From Obrimoposthia wandeli (lineage: Eukaryota), in assembly GCA_977020255.1 (NCBI GenBank), contig CDROCS010000192.1:1-64000 (forward strand): 64,000 nucleotides of DNA, given 5' to 3'. Each line of letters opens with the position of its first letter. The first letter of the stretch is position 1. The notes below the pieces were generated by a model. It did not search any database, was not told where the DNA came from, and worked only from the letters and a program-made list of their open reading frames with translations. The position numbers and the translations under genes were made by a program. Below are positions 52,949 to 61,453 of this stretch, one piece after another.

Positions 52949-53431
52949 TTAAAACATAGAAATATGAGCACGTTCAATTTTCCACATAGGCAACTTTGTC
53001 CCCATTTCATCTTTCTTGTAACCATAAAGTCGAATTGTTACAGTCCATTGCTTCTTTTTTGGAAATGCATCAATATCAACATATCTTCCATAGTCATCTA
53101 GAAATGCTTCATCGGGTCCTCGGATATAAAATTCGTTCTTATTAAAAGTAAAATTCGGAACTGCCTTTTCAACTTTCTGTTTAAGATATTGAAAATCTGG
53201 TTTTTGAATATTTGATAGATAGTAGCTGAACTTTCTTCTTTCAATTGTCACAGGATTTACTAAAGCAATCAGTTGAGCCTTCTTCAAGAATCTGACTTTG
53301 TATTTGAAATATTGTTTCACTTCTTCATACATATCCTTATCCGATTCTTCAAACATTTCTATATCTTCCTCATCGCTTAATACCCGTTGGCTATCATCCA
53401 TCGTTGATAATTGTCTTTGATATGAATGCAT
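52949..53431 (-). CDS. Polinton accessory protein, putative OB-fold ssDNA-binding protein (paralog 2) with acidic N-terminus
   Basis: Intact ORF; FLDDYG...WTVTIRLYGY...PMWKIERA versus FKDDLG...WNISIRLNGY...PLWTLSEA in paralog 1. Confidence 0.5.
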   Translation of the reverse strand: MHSYQRQLSTMDDSQRVLSDEEDIEMFEESDKDMYEEVKQYFKYKVRFLKKAQLIALVNPVTIERRKFSYYLSNIQKPDFQYLKQKVEKAVPNFTFNKNEFYIRGPDEAFLDDYGRYVDIDAFPKKKQWTVTIRLYGYKKDEMGTKLPMWKIERAHISMF

Positions 53432-53461
53432 TTACTATGATTTGTATTCCAATGGCGCATT

Positions 53462-53565
53462 CTTTTATACTAATTTGTAACAAAGACATGAAACTTATTG
53501 GTTAATATAACTAAAGCATTGAATTTGATTGGACTAAAACCATATTAAAAATCAAATTTGATTGG
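53462..53565. promoter_or_regulatory. Divergent promoter: TATAAAAG (minus strand, 53469-53462) and three ATTGG/CCAAT boxes
   Basis: ATTGG at 53497, 53528 and 53561; lies between the divergent SSB-like and TBP-like genes. Confidence 0.5.
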
Positions 53566-53680
53566 AAGAAATATATCATCCACTTATTATAGGTTTGCAA
53601 GATAATTACAAGAAACGTGCAATAAAAAAGCAGTTTCAGACATTTATAAAGAAGATTTTATAGAATACAATTTTAGTCTA

Positions 53681-54177
53681 ATGAAACTCGTAAATATAAA
53701 TTATAAAGCTAGAACAGAAGATGATGTTTCGTACTAACCATTCAATGAATGGAAGCCGAGACAATATGTGGAAAGGTTTGACAATTTTACAGTTGTTATT
53801 TTTCCTACAGGTTAGTTTTTTTATTTTCATATTGAATTCTTTTAGGAAATTGTCGTGTTATGGGATGCAAAATACCAATGCTTGTGTTCAATTTACCATT
53901 TGGAATTCGAATCACTGCAATACAATCAATCACGATTTCAGCTAATCTTGGGAAACAGATAAATCTTTTAAAAACTGCAGAGAAAATGAAAGAAGAATGC
54001 ATGTTTGAACCAGAAATTTTTCCTGCTCTCAGTTATTTGAAGTTTAAACCGCTATGTGTAAATATATTTTCCAGTGGTAAAGTTATGATATTGGGATTGA
54101 AAAATATTGATTATCCAGACATTGTTGATTTGATTTTAGAAAATATATATTATTACATCTTGTTATCTTTTCTATAA
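53681..54177 (+). pseudogene. TBP-like gene copy 1 (exons 53681-53810, 53846-54177), nonsense TAA at codon 19
   Basis: TTA in copy 2 is TAA at 53735-53737 here; 35-nt GT-AG intron at 53811-53845. Confidence 0.88.
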
Positions 54178-54206
54178 ACAAACCCGTTTAAACTTATTGT
54201 TTGAAA

Positions 54207-54460
54207 TGAATAATACTATAAATAGAGACAATGAAGTGTCTTGCCGACGAAATATTTTCTGGAAAAATTAGGGGTAAAGAAATTTTATCAGAATTAAAAT
54301 ATAATGATATAACAAGAGATAACATTGAAATATTGGTTAGATCACACGTTATCGAGAATTTAGAAATCGAACACAAATAAATAAAATTATAGCCAAATAT
54401 TCATTAATTAATTTTTGTATTTCATCTACAATAGCTCTAACATTGTACATTTCAATAAGG
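54207..54460 (+). pseudogene. Frameshifted copy of the unknown ORF at 55603-55869
   Basis: 4-nt deletion (gaagtgtctt versus gaagtggagcgtctt) plus a further indel. Confidence 0.7.
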
Positions 54461-54509
54461 AAACTTCTATGATAATATACACAATATTAAAAATGAAAGA
54501 GTATATGCA

Positions 54510-55034
54510 ATGGAGCTAAATAATAATGCTGTATTTCAAATAGTTGGTCCCAGTGGAAGTGGAAAGACACATTTCGTATGTAAATTGTTGCAAAATGAAT
54601 CTCTTTTCAAATCAAGTTTCAAAAATATTTATTGGCATCATGGTGGAGGAGGGGAAAGCGGATTAACCAAAACAGAAGTTTGCAAGTTGAAGAGAATACA
54701 ATTTATTGAAGGGTTTGATGCAAATTGGTGTGAAAGATTGAAAAAAGAAGATGTAATAATAATTGATGATTTGTATCAGGAAACTAACAAGGAATCAGAC
54801 TTTAATAATTTATTTACAAAGATTGCAAGACATCGTGAAGTAACAGTTATATTTATCACTCAAAATCCTTTTCACCAAGGAGGTCACCATAGAACTAGAA
54901 ATTTTAATGTACATTACTTAGTTTTATTTAAAAATCCTAGAGATCAAACAGTTGTTGATTTCGTGGCCAGACAGGCATTTCCCCAAAATAAGAACTTTCT
55001 AGATAATTACAAGAAACGTGCAATAAAAAAGTAG
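54510..55034 (+). pseudogene. Packaging ATPase (A32/FtsK-like) copy 1, C-terminally truncated by the duplication junction
   Basis: Walker A GPSGSGKT, Walker B IIIDD, ITQN and LFKNPRD; diverges after QNKNFL at 55001. Confidence 0.88.
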
Positions 55035-55081
55035 GTTCAGACATATATAAAGAAGATTTTACAGAATACAATTTCAGTCTA

Positions 55082-55583
55082 ATGAAACTCGTAAATATAA
55101 ATTATAAAGGTAGAACAGAAGATGATGTTTCGTACTTACCATTCAATGAATGGAAGCCGAGACAATATGTAGAAAAGTTTGACAATTTCACAGTTGTTAT
55201 TTTTCCTACAGGTTAGTTTTTTTATTTTATTTTCATATTGAATTCTTTTAGGAAATTGTCGTGTTATGGGATGCAAAATACCAATGCTTGGGTTCAATTT
55301 ACCATTTGGAATTCAAATCACTGCAACACAATCAATCACAATTTCAGTTAATCTTGGGAAACAGATAAATCTTTTAAAAACTGCAGAGAAAATGAAAGAA
55401 GAATGCATGTTTGAACCAGACATTTTTCCTGCTCTCAGTTATTTGAAGTTTAAACCGCTATGTGTAAATATATTTTCCAGTGGTAAAGTTAGGATATTGG
55501 GATTGAAAAATTTTGATTATCCAGACATTGTTGATTTGATTTTAGAAAATATATCTTATTACATCTTGTTATCTTTTCTATAA
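55082..55583 (+). CDS. Minimal TATA-binding-protein-like protein, 153 aa (exons 55082-55211, 55252-55583)
   Basis: Two TBP-type repeats: TVVIFPTG|NCRVMGCK (TBP TALIFSSGKMVCTGAK) and FEPDIFPALSYLKFKPLCVNIFSSGKVRILGLK (TBP [34 protein letters not shown]). A 40-nt GT-AG intron contains an in-frame TAG. Confidence 0.88.
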
Positions 55584-55602
55584 ACAAACCCGTTTAAACT
55601 TA

Positions 55603-55869
55603 TTGTTTGAAATGAATAATACTATAAATAGAGACAATGAAGTGGAGCGTCTTGCCGACGAAATATTTTCTGGAAAAATTAGGGGTAAAGAAATTTTATC
55701 AGAATTAAAAAATAATGATATAACAAGAGATAACATTGAAATATTGGTTAGATCACACGTTATTCGAGAATTTAGAAATCGAACACAAATAAATAAAATT
55801 ATAGCCAAATATTCATTAATTAATTTTTGTATTTCATCTACAATAGATCTAACATGTACATTTCAATAA
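55603..55869 (+). CDS. Unknown ~85-aa Polinton protein
   Basis: Intact ORF between the TBP-like gene and the ATPase; no family recognised. Confidence 0.5.
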   Translation: MFEMNNTINRDNEVERLADEIFSGKIRGKEILSELKNNDITRDNIEILVRSHVIREFRNRTQINKIIAKYSLINFCISSTIDLTCTFQ

Positions 55870-55920
55870 GGAAACTTCTATGATAATATACACAATATTA
55901 AAAATGAAAGAGTATATGCA

Positions 55921-56556
55921 ATGGAGCTAAATAATAATGCTGTATTTCAAATAGTTGGTCCCAGTGGAAGTGGAAAGACACATTTTGTATGTAAATTGTT
56001 GCAAAATGAATCTCTTTTCAAATCTAGTTTCAAAAATATTTATTGGCATCATGGTGGAGGAGGTGAAAGCGGATTAACCAAAACAGAAGTTTGCAAGTTG
56101 AAGGGAATACAATTTATTGAAGGATTTGATGCAAATTGGTGTGAAAGATTGAAAAAAGAAGATGTAATAATAATTGATGATTTGTATCAGGAACCTAACA
56201 AGGAATCAGACTTTAATAATTTATTTACGAAGATTGCAAGACATCGTGAAGTAACAGTTATATTTATCACTCAAAATCTTTTTCACCATAAAACTAGAAA
56301 TCTTAATGTGCATTACTTAGTTTTATTTAAAAATCCTAGAGATCAAACAGTTGTTGATTTCGTGGCCAGACAGGCATTTCCCCAAAATAAGAACTTTTTA
56401 GTTGATTCATTCCACGATGCTGCTAAACAAGCACATGGGTATATATTTATTGACTTTACACAAGCTTGTCCAGATGATTTATGTGTTTTAACCGACATAT
56501 TTAATTCTAAGGGAGTAACTGTTTATAAACAAATAGAGAACAATCATAAAAGATAA
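55921..56556 (+). CDS. Packaging ATPase (A32/FtsK-like) copy 2, full length with a 4-aa deletion
   Basis: Walker A and B and the C-terminal GYIFIDFTQ are present. 12 nt are lost between cacca repeats (FHQGGHHRTRN becomes FHHKTRN). Confidence 0.92.
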   Translation: MELNNNAVFQIVGPSGSGKTHFVCKLLQNESLFKSSFKNIYWHHGGGGESGLTKTEVCKLKGIQFIEGFDANWCERLKKEDVIIIDDLYQEPNKESDFNNLFTKIARHREVTVIFITQNLFHHKTRNLNVHYLVLFKNPRDQTVVDFVARQAFPQNKNFLVDSFHDAAKQAHGYIFIDFTQACPDDLCVLTDIFNSKGVTVYKQIENNHKR

Positions 56557-56685
56557 ATTTATAATGCCTTTTAAGAAGTTGATAGTAAAACGTAAAGCAA
56601 AGCCTAAGAAATCAAAAAAAGAATCATAAAGAAAAAAGAAGTGAAAAAATTAATCAAATGTGTAGTTAGAAATAAAAAAACTTAA

Positions 56686-57057
56686 ATGGCTTCGAATATA
56701 AACAATATTTAAATTGAACCTTTTTTATTAAAGAAAATACAAAGAAGCATACCCTATTTTAAAGCTTTGGTCAAAGCCTCTTCTCATAAGAGAATGATTA
56801 TTCTTAAAGCATTTCCATCTTTTGTTGTAAATGATTTATTGGAAGTTTTGTATAATATAGTTTTGGGTCGAGTAAAAGTTGGAAATCGGAAAAATATATT
56901 AAAGAAATATAGAAAAACTCTTCTAGATATTGCTAATGTAAAAAGTAAAAAAAGGAAACGAAATATTATTCTTAAACATAATGGTGGTTTCATAGGGGCT
57001 GTTATTCCAGTCGTTGCTTCAATTATCAGTAGTATTATAGCTGCGACACGTTCATAA
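56686..57057 (+). CDS. Basic Polinton virion-type protein with C-terminal GGF-hydrophobic helix
   Basis: K/R-rich body ending KHNGGFIGAVIPVVASIISSII, typical of the small gene next to Polinton integrase. An in-frame TAA at ~56710 follows the upstream ATG. Confidence 0.6.
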
Positions 57058-57085
57058 ACAATTATTTATAAAATCAGTTAAAGAT

Positions 57086-58171
57086 ATGGGTGCTAAACCT
57101 TTTTACCTAAATTTAAATAATCTTTCTATTCAAATTGTTGTAATGGAGAAGATATGGTTCAATCCAAAAGATCCAATTGGCTACACAGGAGTTTCAAAAT
57201 TAGCAAAAAGAACAAAACAAAAATACAAGAAAACGCAGAAATGGCTGAGCAACCAGTTAGCCTACAGTCTGAACAAACCGATGAGAAGAAGGTTTCCAAC
57301 TAGAGCTTACAAAACCAGCGGTCCTAATAATTTATGGCAAATGGATTTGATGGAGATGATCCCATATTCTTCCATTAATAAGGGATATCGATATATTTTA
57401 ACATGTATTGATGTATTTAGCAGGTTTGCTCGTGCAATTCCAGTTAAAGCAAAGTCTTCAATAGCTATGCTTGAAGCCATTAAAGAAATATTAAAAGAGG
57501 ACATTCCACAAAATGTGCAAACTGATTTAGGAAAAGAACTTTATAATAAGCAAGTTCAATCATTATTTAAACAAAATAATATATATTACTACTCTGTGTT
57601 TTCACAGTATAAAGCAGCAGTAGTAGAAAGATTTAATCGTACTTTAAGAGATCGAATAAAAAAGTATTTCACAAAAGAAGGAAATAAAAAATGGATCCAA
57701 GTTTTACCTAAAATAATACATGCCTATAATCACTCGGAACATAGAGGTCTCATGGGAATGAGACCTGTTGATGTTACTAATAAAAATTCTATAGATATTT
57801 GGATGAACAGGAATAAAAAAGAAAATATTAAAAAAGCTAAATATAAGAAAAACAAATATGTCCGAATTTCGAAAATTAGCTCTACTTCATTTATTAAAAA
57901 CTTTGATCAGAATTGGAGCGATGAAATATTTTGTATAAGTAAAATTGATCAAAAGAGTAATCCAATAATGTATACTATTAAAGATGCTGACAATAATATC
58001 GTTCACGGTAAATTTTACGAGCAAGAACTACAAGTAATATCAAATAAACCTAGCGTTTTCCGTATTCAAAAAATATTAAAATCTAAGGGTGCCGGTCAAC
58101 ATAAACAATACTATGTTAAATGGCATGGTTATTCAGATCCAACTTGGATATCAGCATCTAATATAATATGA
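57086..58171 (+). CDS. Retroviral-like (rve) integrase with C-terminal chromodomain-like segment
   Basis: LWQMDL...YILTCIDVFSR...VQTDLGKE...VERFNRTL (DDE); C-terminus IQKILKSK...YYVKWHGY...TWI. Confidence 0.95.
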   Translation: MGAKPFYLNLNNLSIQIVVMEKIWFNPKDPIGYTGVSKLAKRTKQKYKKTQKWLSNQLAYSLNKPMRRRFPTRAYKTSGPNNLWQMDLMEMIPYSSINKGYRYILTCIDVFSRFARAIPVKAKSSIAMLEAIKEILKEDIPQNVQTDLGKELYNKQVQSLFKQNNIYYYSVFSQYKAAVVERFNRTLRDRIKKYFTKEGNKKWIQVLPKIIHAYNHSEHRGLMGMRPVDVTNKNSIDIWMNRNKKENIKKAKYKKNKYVRISKISSTSFIKNFDQNWSDEIFCISKIDQKSNPIMYTIKDADNNIVHGKFYEQELQVISNKPSVFRIQKILKSKGAGQHKQYYVKWHGYSDPTWISASNII

Positions 58172-59234
58172 AATCTATGTATATGGTTTTACCTAGTAAC
58201 GGATGTCCGAAGACTCAACCAGATAATTACGCTAGTAGCTTTATTATCGATTGGGAAAATCCTATAAATCTCCAAGGAGAATGGGAAGCTGCTTTAACAG
58301 AATTTTCCTTTTATTATTCTCTAAATTACTATCAGATAAAACTCACATATTTCGTTTACAAAAGAAGTTGATCATGAAAAATCAATCGAAGTTGTGATTG
58401 GGTTTGATAGTAAAGGAAAATTCCATTACAATTGTATAAATAAAGAAGTGAAAGTAATGTATGAAAAAAAACAAAGTCAGATTTAAAAATAGACTAAAAC
58501 ATTTTTTAAAACCTATTCAACTTATATTTGGATCTGATAGAGAAGCTCTTAAATTTGGTTTTGACAGTGGACATGTAGTAGGTATGAAGAGATCTGATAT
58601 AGCCTCATCTAAATCGTTTAAAAATGTTCCTGATAAAGTAACAAAAGTGTTTTTAGTTGAAACGAGACCAAAGTATGTAGTGGAACTGAAAATGTTTTCA
58701 AAAGATTATAAATTAGATAGTGAAGTGAATTTCTGTAAATTAATACAGAAGGAATGTAGTGAATATTTCGATAAATGTGTAACATTAAAAAATGGTAAAA
58801 TAACGTTTACAGTAAAGAGCAATATAATACGAGTTTTATTTGATGATAAACTCGCTAAAAATCTTGGTTTAAACAGAAATACCTTTGAAACCCATACAAT
58901 AAAAACCATAAAAGCTAAAAATAAGGCAAAACTTTTAAATGCTGTTAATCATTTATATATTTATACTAATTTAATATAACCAACGCTTGTAGTAGGACAG
59001 CGAATTCCACTTTTGAGAACAATATGGATATCTAAAAATGAAACTAGAGATGGGGACGCTGTCGGTATGTGTATAGATCAATCAATGTATCTTCCAGTTT
59101 CTCTCTTTTCTATAAACAATATTGAAGTAAATATTAGAGATGATTCCGGACAACTAATAGATTTCACGTACAGGGCCAAGACAAGTTTAACAATACATTT
59201 AAGAAAACAAAATGGCGAATCCAGCAATAATTGA
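58168..59234 (+). pseudogene. Minor capsid protein (penton/PX), disrupted
   Basis: N-terminal MYMVLPSN...N.ASSF...INLQGEWEAALTE and C-terminal LYIYTNLI*PTLVVGQRIPLLR...IEVNIRDDSGQLIDF; split by frameshifts and a stop. Confidence 0.8.
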
Positions 59235-59589
59235 AGCTTATAGTCAAAGCCAACAAGGTGGAGAATTACCATATTTTGTTGGTAAACAATACGGATCTGG
59301 CTGGCTTAGAACATTAGGTAGATTTGCCTTTCCTCTTTTAAAGAGATTCGGGCGATTTATATCAAAATTAATAAAGGACTACCTTTCATCTAAGGACAAT
59401 AAACTAATACCAACTTTTAAGAAGCATGCGCTTGATGAACTTGATAATGTTTTACCTGAAGTTGCTAATTTGATTAGAAAACGTAAATCAAATAAAAGCC
59501 AAGGAAGTAGTGGATTTAAAAGTAAAAAGAAGCAAAAAATCAATATAAACAAACGTAAGAAAGTTGAAGAAACAATATTTGCAAAATGA
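59212..59589 (+). CDS. Small Polinton virion protein with QxGxG motifs and an amphipathic basic helix (membrane-lytic type)
   Basis: YSQSQQGG.LPYFVGKQYGSGWLRTLGRFAFPLLKRFG. The function is inferred from analogy to adenain-processed proteins. Confidence 0.65.
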   Translation: MANPAIIEAYSQSQQGGELPYFVGKQYGSGWLRTLGRFAFPLLKRFGRFISKLIKDYLSSKDNKLIPTFKKHALDELDNVLPEVANLIRKRKSNKSQGSSGFKSKKKQKININKRKKVEETIFAK

Positions 59590-60815
59590 GTTGCGCCAAA
59601 ACTGAATTGTGTATTTTTGATAAACCGCTTCCACAAGTAGTTGTAGATAATGCTTCCTTCGAAGAAATATTTATAGTTAACTCAGTTCCAGGAACCACTT
59701 TAACCGATTTAGAATTTAATATTAATGGTTCCAATAGCGAGTATTTAGATTTGAATGATACTTTGCTTTATGTTCAAATAAAAGTATTAAATCGGGATAG
59801 TACTAATTTAGAGGAAAATGCAGATGTAACACCTGTAAATTATCTCTTTAATTCTTTATTTAGTGATGCCATTGTTACTCTTAATAATGTCAAAATTGAA
59901 GGTGGAAATTCTTCCTATGCTCATAAAGCTTTGATTGAAAGTCTTTTGAATTATAGTACTGATACTCAAAATACTAATTTGGCAACCATTGGTTATGATA
60001 AAACGGTCGCAACTCGCAAAGAATGGATTTCGGGTTCTAAAGCTTACGAAATGTGTGGGTCTTTGAGATTGAATTTCTTTGAACAACCGAAATATTTAAT
60101 TCCCGGTGTTAATGTACATCTTCGTTTGAAACGTAATAAATGGAATTTTTCTTTGATAAGCACAGACGTTCTAAAACGTAGACTTGATATTTTGGATGCA
60201 AAATTGTATGTCCGAAGAGTTAAAACCGAGCAATCAGTTTTAATGGCACATAATATAGGAATGGAAAAAAACAATGCTTATTATCCTATTAGAAAAACTA
60301 AACTTATATCCTACTCTTTAGGTACGGGTACACAAGCTTTTAATAAGGATCAAATTTTTGATTATGTAAGATTACCGAAATTCATTTTAATTTCTTTTCA
60401 AAAAACTGCAAAGTTTCTAGGAAATTATACGACAGATGCAACTCAATTTGACAATCTTAGTGTAGGTTCAGTGACACTTTCAAGAAATACTGATTATCGT
60501 GAAACATATAAAACAGATTTCGAAGGTAACGCTTATGCTTTGGCTTATACGCAATCTATTATTCGGAATTTGGGCCAACTAGATAAAAATATAAACAATG
60601 GTATTTCTTTCACTGAGTTTAAAAGCAGCTGCCCGTTCTTCACATTCGTTTTGGCACCAGACTTTGATATAAACCAATGCCAACTACCAAAGGATGGAAA
60701 TTTACGACTAGAAATTAAGTTCAATGCAGCTTTAACAATTCCTACTACGGTGCTTATTTACGGAGTGTTTGATTCCGAAATACAAATCAATAAAAACAGA
60801 ACTGTCATATTATAG
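59586..60815 (+). CDS. Major capsid protein (double jelly-roll, PY/hexon-like)
   Basis: CAKTELCIF..P.PQ, YLDLNDTLLY, NSLFS...V.LN, LIPGVN...RL.RN, LYVRRV, LRLEIKF; 409 aa intact. Confidence 0.92.
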   Translation: MSCAKTELCIFDKPLPQVVVDNASFEEIFIVNSVPGTTLTDLEFNINGSNSEYLDLNDTLLYVQIKVLNRDSTNLEENADVTPVNYLFNSLFSDAIVTLNNVKIEGGNSSYAHKALIESLLNYSTDTQNTNLATIGYDKTVATRKEWISGSKAYEMCGSLRLNFFEQPKYLIPGVNVHLRLKRNKWNFSLISTDVLKRRLDILDAKLYVRRVKTEQSVLMAHNIGMEKNNAYYPIRKTKLISYSLGTGTQAFNKDQIFDYVRLPKFILISFQKTAKFLGNYTTDATQFDNLSVGSVTLSRNTDYRETYKTDFEGNAYALAYTQSIIRNLGQLDKNINNGISFTEFKSSCPFFTFVLAPDFDINQCQLPKDGNLRLEIKFNAALTIPTTVLIYGVFDSEIQINKNRTVIL

Positions 60816-60816
60816 A

Positions 60817-61190
60817 ATGAAGTAAGACATTTTTTAAATTTATATTTATTAATTTTTATTTAGTTCAGTACAAGTACAAGAATCAGCAGAGAAGGTCTTG
60901 GGTGATAAATTCAATGGAGTTTATCCTATCGATATGATTCCATTTTTTCAATCTGGAGGTTACATTATCAATACTCATACTTCGAATTTACCGGGAGAAC
61001 ATTGATTTATGTTAGAGAGTGGACAATACATGTATTTGATACACTTGCAATGTATTATCCACACAAACTTGTTTCGACTATTCAAAAAGGACGAAGAAGA
61101 ATATATTTCAACAAGATACAATATCAGGATCCTGCGACGAAAAACTGTGGACATTTATGTATTTTATGGTTATCGTTGCAAAATGATTAG
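60817..61190 (+). pseudogene. Adenain-like cysteine protease with a 42-nt intron (60822-60863) and a frameshift after the catalytic His
   Basis: Spliced MN|SVQ...FNGVYPIDMIP...IINTHTSNLPGEH*; the other frame gives IYV...VFDTL...QYQDPATKNCGHLC. Confidence 0.85.
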
Positions 61191-61453
61191 TGTGTTATAA
61201 AAATAAAAATTTTAAATGTTTTATTTTGAATTATTTTTTTTAAATCCCTAAAAATATAAGGGTAAAATAATAAAAGACATAAGACGAAATTTTTTTAATA
61301 CATTTATTAAAAACAACATCACAATGAGGTCTGTCAGCAAAGATAAGGTCCATCCTAAAAATGTTTTGAAATAACAATAAGTTAGAGTCTAGGTGCCATA
61401 GGGATCTAAAATTTTAAAAAACTAAACTAAAAAAATCAAAAAATGAAAACCGT

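Larger units (their letters stand above)
53600..56400 (+). repeat. Tandem duplication, period 1401 bp (53600-55000 / 55001-~56400)
   Basis: agataattacaagaaacgtgcaataaaaaag at 53600 and 55001; the junction is at a shared AG. Confidence 0.95.

Noticed and set aside
53600-56400. Tandem duplication as a pure assembly artefact
   Set aside because: The copies differ by many substitutions and several indels and have a defined microhomology junction. It was kept as real, though read confirmation is still needed.
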